The translations under genes and the position numbers were made by a program. Shown here one piece after another: positions 40,358 through 52,062 of a DNA stretch of 64,000 nt. The notes below the pieces were generated by a model. The model made no database searches, had not been told where the DNA came from, and worked only from the letters and a program-made list of their open reading frames with translations. This stretch comes from Kofleriaceae bacterium. GTDB lineage: Bacteria > Myxococcota_A > Polyangia > Haliangiales > Haliangiaceae. Position 1 is the first letter of the stretch. Each line of letters opens with the position of its first letter. The stretch is taken from contig CBDCCZ010000003.1 in assembly GCA_965215005.1 (NCBI GenBank), positions 1 through 64,000 on the forward strand, given 5' to 3'.

Positions 40358-41261
40358 TGGTCGGGTCCAAGAGCTCGACCAGCGCCCAGGCGGGGTACGG
40401 GTCGGCGTCTGGCAGCGCGCTGAGTGCAAAGTTGCCCCCGGCCACTCCGCATCCGCATCCCGGAGCAAGAGGTCAATTCGCGCCGACGTTCCCAAATCGC
40501 CCTTGTACGATCGTCACAGCGCGCCGGCCTCCGCACCAAACCGCCGCCTCGTCGCCCGCCGCTCTTCGACGAACCGCAACGTCAGAAGGGTGCCCCGGTA
40601 GCAAGCCCCCTGCCCCTCGACACCGCTCATAACTCCGTAATTTATCACAGCAGCGGGAGCGAGCTCGCCTCGGCAGCGGATGGGGTATGCAACCACAGGG
40701 GGCCCTCAGGGCAGCGCGGGCGCGGCAGCCCGCATCCAGCGGACCGCACCACGCCCTGCTCCTCGCCGAGCTAACGGATACACGGGCGCTCGCCACCTGC
40801 GGCCCTCCTCCACCACGCCGCTCTTCCGAGCCACGCGCTCCGGTTGACTCTGTCGCGCGGGCATGACCGTCGAAGGACGAGGACGCCGTTCTCGAATAGT
40901 CGGCGAGCCTTTTCTCCTCACCGGATGGCTTGCCGATGCCGCATGAGCTTTGCACGAGCAGCGCGGGCGTGGCGCGAGCGTGCGCCCGCGCTGAGAGCTT
41001 CTTGCGCGCCTGCTCGCGCGGTCGCGCACGCATATGCATGACGACGGCAACTTCCCTGCACATCGGCATCGCCGCCGCCATCGCGGCACCTACACGCAGC
41101 TCCTCTACGTGTCTTTCGGCTGGCCGCCCACGTGGACGGTCGCAGGGAATTCTGGCCCTCATACCCAAATTCCGCTGGGGCGGCACGCAGCAGCAGCTGG
41201 ATTGGCAGCGGATGCACGGAGCGACTACAGCTTTGGCCGATGCTGCCGTAGGCTCGTTGCG

Positions 41262-44250
41262 GTGGCGATCTCAGCGTCCACGTCGACCGACTCAGCGAAG
41301 CCATCCGGTGCCTCGACGCCCGAGCCGATTCCCGACCTCCAGCTCGAGCGCTATCGGCTGGTCGAATTCCTCGGCGCTGGGGCCGCCGGGCGCGTCTTCC
41401 GCGCCCATGATCAGGTGCGTCGTCAAGAAGTCGCCGCCGCCAAGCTGCTCACGTCGCTGCGCCCCGACGCTCTGCACCGTTTCAAGCAAGAGTTCCGCGC
41501 CCTCGCCGACGTCGTCCATCCGAACCTCGTCACCCTTTATGAGCTCCTCGCCTACCCAGACGGATGGGCGGTCATCATGGAGCTCATCGAAGGCGCGCAG
41601 CCGCTGCTCGACTACGCCATCGTCTTCGCCGGCCGCTGCTACGAGGGTGAGTCGATGCCCTTCAAGGCGCTGGACGCGGTCGTGGATGCCATTGCCTCGT
41701 TTCTACGCGCCAACGACGAGCTGGCCCGCCATCCTACCGCCGGAGATCGAGAGCCTGGTCCACCTGTTCCCGGCGCTCCGCCGAGCGGCTGCCATCGCCG
41801 AGCGGCTGGCGCAGGGAGGGGAGCCGCCGCCGGCCGATACCATCCGCCGAAGCGCTGCCGCCGCCTTGACGTCGCTGCTGACCCGGCTAGCCGCCCACCT
41901 CCCGGTGATCGTCAGCGTCGACGACTTGCAGTGGGGCGACCTGGATAGCGCACCGTTCCTGATCGAGCTCACTCAGGCCAGGGGCGGCGGAATTCTGCTC
42001 CTTGGCACCTATCGCAACGATGGCGCCGCCGAGGCCGAGCTCGTCACCGCGCTGCGCAATAACCTCCGCACCACCGGCGCCGCTCCGCAAGCGCGCGTGT
42101 TATCGCTCGGGCGCCTTCGCGACGAAGACATCGCCGATTTGGTCGCCAAGGTCAGCGGCGAGCCACGAGATACCGCGCTGGTGCAACGGCTGGCGCACGA
42201 GGCCGAGGGCAACGCCTTCTTTGCCGCCGAGCTAGCCTTCGCCGGCGGAACCGTCGCCAGCGCTAGAGTCCACAAGCTCGATGCACTCATCGCGCAGCGT
42301 GTCGACGAGCTGCCCAACGATGCGCAGCGCCTGCTGCAGGTCACCGCTCTGGCCGCCAAGCCGCAGCCGGTCGACATCCTGGTGCGAGCGGCGCGCGTGC
42401 GGGACGTGGCGCGGACCCTGGCGCAGCTGCGTGCTGGGCGCTTCTTGCGCATGCTGCACACCCGCGCGGGCGAGCACGTCACTACCTATCACGATCGCGT
42501 GCGCGAGACGGTCGTCGCCCATATCGACCCCCAGCTGGCTCGCAAGCTCCACCGGCGGCTGGCGCGCGCCTTCGAAGCCGCCCCCGAAGCCGAGCGCGAT
42601 CTCGAGGCCCTGGTCCATCACTGGCGCGGCGCCGGCACCCGCGATCGGGCCCGGCGCTATGCCCTCTTGGCCGCCGATCGCGCCCTCGCCGCCCGCGCCT
42701 ACGTGAGCGCCGCCGCGCACCTCGGCACCGCCATCGAGCTGTCCGCCGATGACGACGATGATGCGCTCGAGCTCGAGCTACTCCGCGCCGACGCGCTGCA
42801 GCGCGGAGGGCAGCTGGCTGCTGCCGCCGCGGCGTTCGCGGCGGCAGCCCATCATGCTCCCGCCGAGCTCGCCGCCGACCTCCACGCCCGCGCCATGGTG
42901 TGCCTGTTGCGAGCCGGCCGCCTCGGAGAGGCGATCGACGCCAGCCGCGCGGCGGCGCCAGCGCTGGGCGGACTCCTGCCGCGGTCGACCGCCGCCGCCG
43001 TCGCCGCGATCACCGGCCAGCGGCTGACGCTCCTGGGGCGACGCCTGGACGTGCGGCGCCCCCGAGACGAGCGCGAGTGCGACCCCGCCGAGCTGCAGCG
43101 CACCGAGGTCGCGCTGGATACCGCGGCTGGCCTCACGTTCATCGATCCGCTGCTCGGCTATGCCTTGCACGGCCGCGCTTTGCGACGCGCCCTTCGCGCG
43201 CGGGAGCCCAAGCGCGTCGTGGTGGCCCTCAATTACGAGGCGCTGCTCAACGCCGCGCTGTGGGGCAAGCGCGGCGCCCGCACCACCAATACTCTGCTCG
43301 ACCGCGGCCGACGCCTCGCCGAGGCCCACGCTCCCACGAGCTACGTCGCTGCCGTGGACGGATGGCGCGGCTTTGCGCGTTTGTTGGAGTACGACGACCT
43401 CGAGACTGGCCTGGCCCTTCTCGAACGCGGCGTGGCGGGTCTCGAGCACGACCCGCGCTTCGCCTACGACGCCGACCAGCTTCGGCTGGCAATGGTCAAC
43501 GTCATGGCCACTATGGGAACCTTCGCGCTGCTGAGCGAGCGGCTGCCGGTCCTGATGCGCAGCGCCCACGAGAGTGGAAATCTCTTCCTGTTCGACAGCC
43601 TCCGCAGACAAGGCGGCGTCTACACCTGGCTCGTCGCCGATGCTCCTCGCGAAGGCGAGAACCAGGCCGGGCTGTCCAGCGATATCCAGGCCAGCCGTCC
43701 AACGCTCAGTGAGTTCTATGGCCGCGCGGCTCTCGCCGAGATTGCGCTCTACCGCGGTCAGCCGGAAGCCGCATGGCAGCACGTCGCGGCGTTCTGGCGC
43801 CGCCTGAGCCGCTCTTCGCTGGCCCTGTGTGCCCTGCCCCGAGGCTACCCGGCGATGATCGCTGGCCGCACCGCGCTCGCTTGTGCCCGCACGCGCCCGC
43901 ACGAGCAAGCGCTGTGGCTCGGCCGCGCTCTTGCCCTAGCGCGCAGCATCCAACGCGAACGCCTGCGGATGCCCACGTTCGCGCGAAGCCACGCCAGCGC
44001 CATCCGCGGCATGGTCGCCGCCATCCGCGGTCACCAGGACACCGCCGTCGAGATGCTCTCGTGCGCGATCGACGCCCTCGACAGCGTGGGTGTGCGGCTC
44101 TGGGAGGGGCCGCTGCGCCTGCGACTCGGCCAGCTGCTCGGCGGCGACGAGGGCGCCGAGCAGATGAATCGCTACTACGCATGGGCGAAGCAGGAATGCA
44201 TCGGCCATCCCGACCGCTGGGCCGCCGCGCTGTATCCGCCACTGCGCTGA
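41262..44250 (+). pseudogene. Disrupted Ser/Thr kinase-AAA ATPase-helical protein (internal deletion near 41615, frameshift near 41727)
   Basis: Kinase N-lobe (LGAGAAGRVF, RFKQEFRALADVVHPNLV, MELIEG) joins directly to AGRCYEGESMPFKALD; no HRD/DFG or Walker A; VDDLQWGD, EGNAFF and HDRVRE continue in another frame. Confidence 0.82.
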
Positions 44251-44300
44251 CCGACAACTGCATCTGCGCTGCCATGCGCCTCGATGCGTGCTTCAGAGCG

Positions 44301-47264
44301 CTAGTGCGTCGCCAGCCAGGCTTCGACTTGGTCGTGGGTGGCCTTGGCGCGCGGTGCCTTAGTCCGACGCAAGGCGGCGAGGGCTTCGCGGGCCAGGGCG
44401 GCAGCGCGCTCGCGGTGCGGCGGTCCTTTGTCGGCCATCACCTGCGCGTGCATGAACAACGCCTCGCCCAGCGGCTCGTGCGATTGCTCATCGGTGCGCG
44501 CCGCGTCGACTGCACGCTGTGCCGCCGCTTCCGCCGCAGATAGGACGCCGCGCTGGCGGTGGATACGGGCCATGCCCAAGAGCCCGTTCGTTATGGAGTC
44601 GGCAGCCGGTTGGGTGTTGTCGTCGCCTTGCAGCACTCGCACACCTCGCTCGTACCCCGCCAGCGCTTCGTCGAGCTGCCCGTCGAGCTCCTGGGAGTGC
44701 GCTAGCTCGACCAGCGCGTTGCCAACAGTTGCAGGCCGCGACTCATCTCGCGCCAAGGTGATGGCCAACCCTTCTCTCCGGTGCTCGTAGGCTGCCTCAT
44801 GATCGCCACGCTCGAGCTCGATCCAGCCGAGCAGACCGTGGATATCGGCGCGCAGCTGATGGCTCGGGTCGGGCGTGGCCTCGATCGCTGCGAGCCCATC
44901 CACAGCTAGCGCTCGGGCCTCATCGAGCTCACCACGAGCGAAGAGCGTCGTGGCCAGGTTGGTGAGTATCTGCGCCGTGAACAAATGATGGTCACCCAAC
45001 ACGCTCCGAGTGATGGACAGCGCCTGGCGGTTCGCTGCGATGGCTTCGTCGATGAGCCCCGCTCGTTCGAGCGCGACCGCCAGGTTCGACGACACCATGC
45101 CAGTGACGATGTGCGTGTCTCCGAGCGTGGACATCGCGGCGGCAAGAGTCCGGCGATGCGAGTCGACGGCTCGAGCGAAGTCGCGCTGGCGCTCGTAGGC
45201 GATGCCGATGTTGCCGAGCGTCACGACCACCCGGCGATGGTACGGCCCGAAAAGATCCTGGATGATGCGCAGGGACCGGCTTTGCAGCTCCAACGCCCGC
45301 GCATAATCGCCGCGCGCCCATGCCGTGTTCCCGAGATCGCCGAGGGCGCTAGCTACGGACGGATGCGGATATTCCCAGCCCAGGCGGTCCAGGCCGGCTT
45401 CTGCCAGCCGCTCCCAGTCGCCGCTCTCTGCGGCTCGTTCCAGGCGATCAGCCAGCGCAAAGGTGAGATCCGCGGCGGCTGCGGTCGCCATGAGATCATC
45501 GCCGTGTATATAGGCGCTGAAGTACGCCTCCCGCAGATGTTCCACGGCCTTCGTATAGTTGCCCGTGAGCTCTAAGGCTACGCCGGCCGCGTACTGCGCT
45601 TCGGTGACCAGCGAGGGGATCTCTAGCACCGCAGCTCGAGTAACGGCCTCCTCGGCAACCGCGGCGCCGCGCGTGAGCTGCCCGGCGGCAATGAGTGCCT
45701 GAGCCTCGGTGACGAGCCGGCGAACTGGTTGGCCTCGGCGGCGCTCGTCGATGCTTCCGTCGCTCTTCTGTAGCGCCAGCACCTTGTCATCGGTACAGAT
45801 GCTGACCGGCGGCAGCGAGAACGATGCATCGACCGCGTAGCGCAGGGTCGCGGCATCCACGCTCTGCCACTGCTCGATCAGCAGCTCCAGGTAATTCCGT
45901 CCGTCATCGAAGCAGGCCCGCGAGCGGTCTAGGAGCTCTGGGCTGCGACGCTGCTCGAGCTCGGTGGCCCGACACGCTTGCTCTCGCGCCTGCCGCCAAC
46001 TTGCCACGTAAGCGGTAACCTGCTTATCGGTCCGCCGCCAGATGTCGGTGCCAATGTCGGCGTTGGCGGCGGTAAACCTGGCGGCAATTCCTTCGTTTCT
46101 ATCGGCCGTCCATAGCTCCGCGATCGCCGCGCCCTCGGCGGCGCAAGCAGCGGCCACTTGCCGATGATCATGAGCGCGAGCAATTACGCCGGCGCACACG
46201 AGCACCGCCACCACGCCCGCTGCCCCAAGGCGCCGCCGGCGCCGAGTCGGATCGGCGCCCAGAGCACCCGCCAGTGCCATGAGCGATGGCCACCGCACCT
46301 CGGGGCGACGGGCCAGCCCGCGCTCGACGACGCGCCACACCCAACCAGGCACGCCGCTCGTCCGCGGCGGCGGCTCGATCTGGCCGATCGGCAGCGATTC
46401 CACTAGATCCGCGCGGGTCGCGAACCTGTATGGCCGCTGTCCGTAGAGGCTGCGATACAGCGCCACGCAGAAGCTGAACTGATCCGATCGGGAATCGACT
46501 GGCCGCCCTAGCGCCTGCTCCGGCGACATGTACGCCGGCGTGCCCACCACCTGGCCACAAATGGTGAGCGGCGTGTGCAAGAGATCCGAGGAGCTAATCG
46601 ACTGCTCCCCGCTATCCTCCGTGAGCTGTTCGTTGCTCGCCGTATCGCTCTCGCTTCGCGCCAGGCCAAAGTCGAGAACGACCGCGCGCCCGTCGACGTC
46701 GACCAGTACGTTCGATGGTTTGAAATCGCGATGGACGAGGCCCTTGCCGTGGCACGCCGCCAGTCCCGCGGCCGCCTGGCGGTAGATCGCGATGACGTCG
46801 CGCCATGATTTGCCGTCGCAGTATTGGTCTAGGGTGCGGCCTTCGACGTACTCCATGGCGATGTACACATCGCCATCGGCGGTCTGGCCGACGTCATACA
46901 CCGCCACTACGTTGCGGTGACTCACCTGCGCCAGCGCCTGCGCCTCGCGCATGAGTCGCGCCGCTGCCAGCTCCTTTGCCTTGCGGCTTTGGGCCCGCAC
47001 GCGCATCAGCTTGAGCGCGACCCGCCGGTTGAGCTGCGGGTCGTAGGCCAGGTGCACGACGCCCATGCCACCGGCGCCAATGTCGCCGAGGATCACGAAC
47101 CGTCCCACGTGCCCCGCCGCCGGCTGCGCCCCGCCACCATCGGGATGCGTGGCGTCGCCATAGGCAACGCCGCGTGTCAGCTCGGTTTCCTCCGCTCGAT
47201 GTCGGGCGTCCACCCCTTGTGTCGGCGCGTCGAAGTCCGGGTTCTCCAGCGGATCGCCTCTCAT
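44301..47264 (-). CDS. Membrane Ser/Thr protein kinase with extracytoplasmic TPR domain
   Basis: [53 protein letters not shown]; 42-aa TPR repeats. Confidence 0.93.
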   Translation of the reverse strand: MRGDPLENPDFDAPTQGVDARHRAEETELTRGVAYGDATHPDGGGAQPAAGHVGRFVILGDIGAGGMGVVHLAYDPQLNRRVALKLMRVRAQSRKAKELAAARLMREAQALAQVSHRNVVAVYDVGQTADGDVYIAMEYVEGRTLDQYCDGKSWRDVIAIYRQAAAGLAACHGKGLVHRDFKPSNVLVDVDGRAVVLDFGLARSESDTASNEQLTEDSGEQSISSSDLLHTPLTICGQVVGTPAYMSPEQALGRPVDSRSDQFSFCVALYRSLYGQRPYRFATRADLVESLPIGQIEPPPRTSGVPGWVWRVVERGLARRPEVRWPSLMALAGALGADPTRRRRRLGAAGVVAVLVCAGVIARAHDHRQVAAACAAEGAAIAELWTADRNEGIAARFTAANADIGTDIWRRTDKQVTAYVASWRQAREQACRATELEQRRSPELLDRSRACFDDGRNYLELLIEQWQSVDAATLRYAVDASFSLPPVSICTDDKVLALQKSDGSIDERRRGQPVRRLVTEAQALIAAGQLTRGAAVAEEAVTRAAVLEIPSLVTEAQYAAGVALELTGNYTKAVEHLREAYFSAYIHGDDLMATAAAADLTFALADRLERAAESGDWERLAEAGLDRLGWEYPHPSVASALGDLGNTAWARGDYARALELQSRSLRIIQDLFGPYHRRVVVTLGNIGIAYERQRDFARAVDSHRRTLAAAMSTLGDTHIVTGMVSSNLAVALERAGLIDEAIAANRQALSITRSVLGDHHLFTAQILTNLATTLFARGELDEARALAVDGLAAIEATPDPSHQLRADIHGLLGWIELERGDHEAAYEHRREGLAITLARDESRPATVGNALVELAHSQELDGQLDEALAGYERGVRVLQGDDNTQPAADSITNGLLGMARIHRQRGVLSAAEAAAQRAVDAARTDEQSHEPLGEALFMHAQVMADKGPPHRERAAALAREALAALRRTKAPRAKATHDQVEAWLATH

Positions 47265-47715
47265 CCCTCCGCTTGAATCGGTCACCGCGCGGGCTTCAGG
47301 AGTGGGGCTGCGTCGAGAAGCGGCGCTCTCCCTCGAGCGGGCAAGCGATACGCGATGCATGCGACGCTGATCGTGCAGCACGGATGGATGGTGGCTCGGC
47401 GCCACGGGGCGTTCGGTGCGGCGCTCCCCCTCGACTTACGGTTTCCGGTGCCGGCTCGGGCCTGTGATCCTTGCCGGGATGCTTGGCTAGCGAAGGTAAC
47501 CGTGCGGTAGCCGCCGCCGATCCCTCCCCGAACCCGATCAGCGCGATCGAGGCGCATCGCTTCATTGGTGAGATCGATGCGCGTGCCGCCGTTGAGAACC
47601 ACACTGGCCTTGCGTCCTTGACCAGCTTGCCGCCAATCAAGTTGCCGTCACGGTAGTGTAAGTTGTGGCCTTGGATGAGCACATTTCCACGTCAAGCGAC
47701 TCCACGAGTGTGAAG

Positions 47716-48714
47716 ATGAGCGCAAGACATCACGCAATTACTGAGTTATCCACGGCGCGGCTCGCCGACATCGCCCGCACGTACGGCCTCGGAGAGCTCC
47801 GTGATGGGCGGCTCTGCAGCGCGGGGCTCATCAACTCGAACTATCAGCTCACGACCTCGAAAGGCAGCTACCTCGTACGGATCTACGCGCCACCTCGAAA
47901 GCGCGAGAATATCGAGTTCGAGCTATCCGTCCTGCGGTATCTCTCGGCACACGATTTTCCTTGCCAGCGTCCCATCGAAGATCTGGATGGGGAGAACATT
48001 GGCTCCCTCAACGAGCGCCTCTATGCGGTCCTCACTTTCCTGCCCGGAGCGACCATCGCATTGGAGGAGCTCTCCGCATCGATCTGCCAGCAGTTCGGCG
48101 CGCTCTACGCCAAGCTGCAGCGGCTGCTTCGCGACTTCGTCCCCGAAGGCATCAAGCCAGATGCGGACTACGTCTTGGTTCAGGAGCTCGTCTCGAGCAT
48201 TCGCTCGATCTTCCGCGACAAGGGTGTTGCCGAGGCTGACCGTGCCCGCATCGAGGCTAGTTGGAACGGCGTATGGCCTCTCTTCCGGGAGACCGAGCGG
48301 TCGGTCGTGCACGGCGATCTCTATTACCAGAACGTGCTCTGCGAGCATGGCAACGTGACGGGCATCATCGACTTCGACGATGCCTTTCTTGGCTCTCCAC
48401 TACTGGACCTCGCCCTCACCATGATGGAGTTCTCCACCTGGCCGGAGAACGAGCTCGACTTCGAGCTCATGGCCGCGCTGCTGACGTCCTATCACGAGCA
48501 TGATCCCCCTCTCCAGGTCACCCCCGAGCGGCTGTGGAACGCGACCCGATTCCAGTGCATCAAGTTCCTCGGCTACACCATTGACCTCACGGTAAAGGCC
48601 GGAGACAAGCCCACAGAAAACGACTACTACAAGCGACTGCTGCATCTGGAGCAAGCCAAGGTCCAGGCGCGATTCGTGGACACCGTGCGGCGATCGTTAG
48701 GCCATGCGGCATGA
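47716..48714 (+). CDS. APH-family phosphotransferase, type II homoserine kinase-like
   Basis: GLINSNY, HGDLYYQNV, IIDFDDA. Confidence 0.8.
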   Translation: MSARHHAITELSTARLADIARTYGLGELRDGRLCSAGLINSNYQLTTSKGSYLVRIYAPPRKRENIEFELSVLRYLSAHDFPCQRPIEDLDGENIGSLNERLYAVLTFLPGATIALEELSASICQQFGALYAKLQRLLRDFVPEGIKPDADYVLVQELVSSIRSIFRDKGVAEADRARIEASWNGVWPLFRETERSVVHGDLYYQNVLCEHGNVTGIIDFDDAFLGSPLLDLALTMMEFSTWPENELDFELMAALLTSYHEHDPPLQVTPERLWNATRFQCIKFLGYTIDLTVKAGDKPTENDYYKRLLHLEQAKVQARFVDTVRRSLGHAA

Positions 48715-48761
48715 TCAACCTCGTTCCTGCGCTTTCCGTGGTCAAACGCGCCGCGCCGCGA

Positions 48762-49889
48762 CTAGGGCTGCCAGTGCGGGTCGATGCCTGCGGCTTCGCA
48801 CGCTGCGGCGATCGAGCCGAAGTAGCGTATGCAGGCTTTCCAGAGGCGGGAATCGATGCGCCAGAGGTTGCGCGCGACGTCATCGTTTCGCTCGGCGACG
48901 GCGCGTAGCTCTTCGACGACGCGCTCGGACGTCCAGGAGCGCCTATTGGGCACCGGCAGACCGGCGGCGAGCAGGGCGTCGGTCCAGGTTGGGAAACGCC
49001 GGTAGACGGACCTCTTGAGTCGGGACGGACAGTTTGCGGCGGTGGTCGTAACGGCTAGGTTGTGTTCGACGCGAGAGCGGAGCTCGGTTATCACTTCGTC
49101 GCGGGACATGAGAGGTGGCCGCGCGCTGTGGAAGTTATCGATTCCGGCCGCCTCTGCCGCCTCTCGAGGACCGGCGTAGAACTTCTTCAGCGTCGGCACC
49201 TTGTCCCAAAGCAGGCGCGGCGTCACCTGCGGCACGGTGGTGGCGAGCTGGCGAATCGCCTCGAGAACGTCATCTATGGCGTGAGCTGGCCGGATGATAC
49301 GGATCTCGTCATAGTCGAAGCCGGCGGCCGTCACTGCCTTCTCCCAACTGCCAAAGTAGAAGTAAGCGGCGGAGGCCAAGTCGCTATCCACCCGAGAGGC
49401 GGCAAGAGAGCGGCCTTTGGCGTGCCGCGCTCGAATCGCCTCAACGACCACCTGTTGATCCCACTGCCGGCGCGGCCGCTCGAGGCGTGGCTCGAGCTTG
49501 ATTCCTGCGGCGGCGCGCGCTTTGCGAAATGTGCCGAAGTAGGCCCGCACAGCAGCCGTGAGCGGCTTGTGACTGCTGGCGCGCAGGTTTTTTTCGGTGA
49601 TGCGCATGCCAGCGCGGTCGAGAGTCTGCAGCTCATCGATCACTTTCTGCGCCGTCCAGACGCGATGCCGGTGACGTGCGGGCACCTCCGCGGCCTCGCG
49701 CGCGGCGTCGAGACTGCCGAAGTGAAGGAGAATCGACCTGTAGAGCCCGTGATGAGAGGTCATGAGGTCGCGAGCCGACATCTCGCCGGCTCGGCTCAAA
49801 GCGCGAAGCTGTAAAAGACACTTCTCTGGTGACGCGAGAATCTTCATCCTGCGGTCGGTCGCCCGCTCCGGTCGCGCTTTTAAGCCCAT
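48762..49889 (-). CDS. Protein of six helical repeats resembling the homing-endonuclease-associated repeat
   Basis: Units W..E.V.E.L...L..A...YFGS...A..AAG; GGAG RBS before ATG 49889; no nuclease motif seen. Confidence 0.72.
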   Translation of the reverse strand: MGLKARPERATDRRMKILASPEKCLLQLRALSRAGEMSARDLMTSHHGLYRSILLHFGSLDAAREAAEVPARHRHRVWTAQKVIDELQTLDRAGMRITEKNLRASSHKPLTAAVRAYFGTFRKARAAAGIKLEPRLERPRRQWDQQVVVEAIRARHAKGRSLAASRVDSDLASAAYFYFGSWEKAVTAAGFDYDEIRIIRPAHAIDDVLEAIRQLATTVPQVTPRLLWDKVPTLKKFYAGPREAAEAAGIDNFHSARPPLMSRDEVITELRSRVEHNLAVTTTAANCPSRLKRSVYRRFPTWTDALLAAGLPVPNRRSWTSERVVEELRAVAERNDDVARNLWRIDSRLWKACIRYFGSIAAACEAAGIDPHWQP

Positions 49890-50143
49890 GGTTCTCCGTA
49901 TCGCTCGGCAGTCGCCATCGGCAACCGCGGGCGCAAGGCCGACAGCATGGAAAGTCCGACTGCCGACGTTCGGCATGCTGCAAAGCGACACTCTATAGCG
50001 TCTGTAGTGGCGCGACAATGGCAAGGCTAGTACCCTGCGCGGCTTCGCGCGTGTAGCTCTTGTGCGCCACAAATGCCGCGGCGCCAGTGTGGTCAGGCGA
50101 TACTTCGGCGAGCTCGCGCAGCGTGAGCTGAGGAGACAACACG

Positions 50144-50968
50144 TTGAACGAACATGTAAAAACGGACGCGGCAGACGTTCGGCTGCTGGAAGGGGAGCCG
50201 AGATTCGACGATACGGCGGATGACTATGCGGCGCATCGGCATGGCTTTCCAGAGGAGTTCTTTGCCCGGCTGGCGGCGAAAGGCCTCTTAAAAGCGGGCG
50301 CGGTGGCGCTAGATGTAGGAACGGGAACCGGCACGGTCGCGCGGGGTCTGGCGAGGCGTGGGCTGCGCGTCTATGGCCTGGATCCGGCGGCCGCGATGAT
50401 CGAGAAGGCCCGTGAGCTATGTGACACAGAGGGACTCTCGATCGAGTTTCGAATTGGCCGCGCGGAAGAAACGGGCATGCAGGACGGGCAGCTCGACCTA
50501 GTCACCGCCGGGCAGTGCTGGCATTGGTTCCTTCATGCCCTAGCGATCAAGGAAATTGTGCGCATCACCAAACCCGCGGCGCAGCTCATCATTGCCCACT
50601 TCGATTGGATTCCGTATCAAGGCGGCGTCGCAGCGTTGTCCGAGGATCTCATCGCTCGACATAACTCGGCGTGGAAAGGCGGCGGCGGAACAGGATTCTA
50701 TCCGGCGTGGGCGATGCAGCTGGGCGAGGCTGGCTTCGGGGAAATCGAAACCTCGACGTTCGACGTCGACTGCAACTATACCCACGCCGGCTGGCGCGGC
50801 AGAATTCGCGCCTCGGCCGGTGTGCAGGGCTCTCTTTGCGCAAGCGAGGTCGCTCGCTTCGACGCCGAGCACGGCCGGCAGCTGTCGGTAGCGTTTCCTG
50901 AGCCGCAGCTCTGCATCCCGCATCGCTGCTTTACCCTCACCGCCCGGCTACCGAGCTCGGCGCGATAG
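50144..50968 (+). CDS. Class I SAM-dependent methyltransferase
   Basis: GAGGAG RBS, TTG start; LDVGTGTG, GLDP..M, AEET, DLVTAGQCWHWF. Confidence 0.9.
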   Translation: MNEHVKTDAADVRLLEGEPRFDDTADDYAAHRHGFPEEFFARLAAKGLLKAGAVALDVGTGTGTVARGLARRGLRVYGLDPAAAMIEKARELCDTEGLSIEFRIGRAEETGMQDGQLDLVTAGQCWHWFLHALAIKEIVRITKPAAQLIIAHFDWIPYQGGVAALSEDLIARHNSAWKGGGGTGFYPAWAMQLGEAGFGEIETSTFDVDCNYTHAGWRGRIRASAGVQGSLCASEVARFDAEHGRQLSVAFPEPQLCIPHRCFTLTARLPSSAR

Positions 50969-50998
50969 CAAGCGGCTATAGCCAGTGACGCGGCGAAG

Positions 50999-51850
50999 CT
51001 AGTCAACAATGGGTGCAAGCGTGGAAACACCAGCGCCCCACCACTCGGTGGCCCCTTGGCGGGTATCGAGGACAGCGCCCGTCGAAGGGTCGATGCGCAC
51101 GATTTGCTTCCCGTCGGTGAATCCATAGACTTGACCGCGCCAAAACCCAATACCAAAGATCTTAGCGACACCGATGTCGCCCAACAGAGTCGCTTCCCAG
51201 GTTGTTGGGTCTATGCGAGCCAGCTGATCAGCGCTCGAACCAGCAACGCGTACCGTGGCTAGGGTGCCAAATCCGCTAACTGAGACGATGTCTCCGCTCG
51301 ACCCAATGGCAGATCCTGAAGCATTGTAGTTGCCAAGCTCGCTGCGAGCACCGGTGTCGGGATCGATCTCCCATACGACACCATCGAAGTCGGCTGCGAC
51401 CAACCGCTCCTCGCTATCGGGGTTCGACAGGTCGATCGGGACGAACGACAGGCTGGTGAGGCCGCCTTCCCCTTGGGGAAACGTCGACAGGTGGGTTACC
51501 TCGGCAGTCTTTCGATCGACTCGAAAGACCGAATTCAACGAGATCGCCAGCATTCTGCCGCTCTTATCGACAGCGAGGTCGGTGATGTTCTCCGGCTCAC
51601 CGGCGAACGCGAAGACTCCCACGCTGGTCGTGCTGAGCGATGCTGGATCGAGCTCGTATAGCTCGGTCGCGCTGTGAGCGTAGACCGACACGAAGTCCGG
51701 AGGATCCACCGGCCCACTGCTCGTGCGCGCGTCGGCACTGGGAGCTCCCGCGTCCGCATCGTCGCGAACATCATCAGAGTCGGTTTGCGAATTGACGGTC
51801 GGCCCACACGCTGAGATGGTCAGCAAGGTGGCGGCGAGAAGGTTGCGCAT
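50999..51850 (-). CDS. Myxobacterial-type lipoprotein, probable beta-propeller
   Basis: GGGAG RBS; lipobox ISAC; repeated L..IDP.TG....LG blades. Confidence 0.78.
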   Translation of the reverse strand: MRNLLAATLLTISACGPTVNSQTDSDDVRDDADAGAPSADARTSSGPVDPPDFVSVYAHSATELYELDPASLSTTSVGVFAFAGEPENITDLAVDKSGRMLAISLNSVFRVDRKTAEVTHLSTFPQGEGGLTSLSFVPIDLSNPDSEERLVAADFDGVVWEIDPDTGARSELGNYNASGSAIGSSGDIVSVSGFGTLATVRVAGSSADQLARIDPTTWEATLLGDIGVAKIFGIGFWRGQVYGFTDGKQIVRIDPSTGAVLDTRQGATEWWGAGVSTLAPIVD

Positions 51851-52062
51851 GTTCGTCTCCCAGAGCCAGAAAGCGCGGAACGTACGCCCTCCGGCCGCTG
51901 GCACCAAGCGATGTTGGTGACGCAACGGCAACACCTGCGAGGAAACGGCGAGACTGCGATGAAACGTTACGTACCTTACGGCTCGCAGCTCGCGCTCGTG
52001 CGTGTAGCGGGAGAGAAGCCGGTTCACCAGAGTGAACCGGCTCCGCAATGAACAACGTCGAC

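Noticed and set aside
39884..40632. ORFs overlapping ssrA (e.g. 40075-40632, 39884-40219)
   Set aside because: Shadow translations of the RNA gene; VEAPGVEPGS is the usual antisense reading of a T-arm
40930..41727. N-terminal part of the 1106-aa ORF as real protein
   Set aside because: Low-complexity S/R/P text; the kinase motifs lie in a different frame until about 41727
48711..48908. 65-aa ORF coupled to the phosphotransferase stop
   Set aside because: Mostly antisense to the final repeat of the 48762-49889 gene; no recognisable motif
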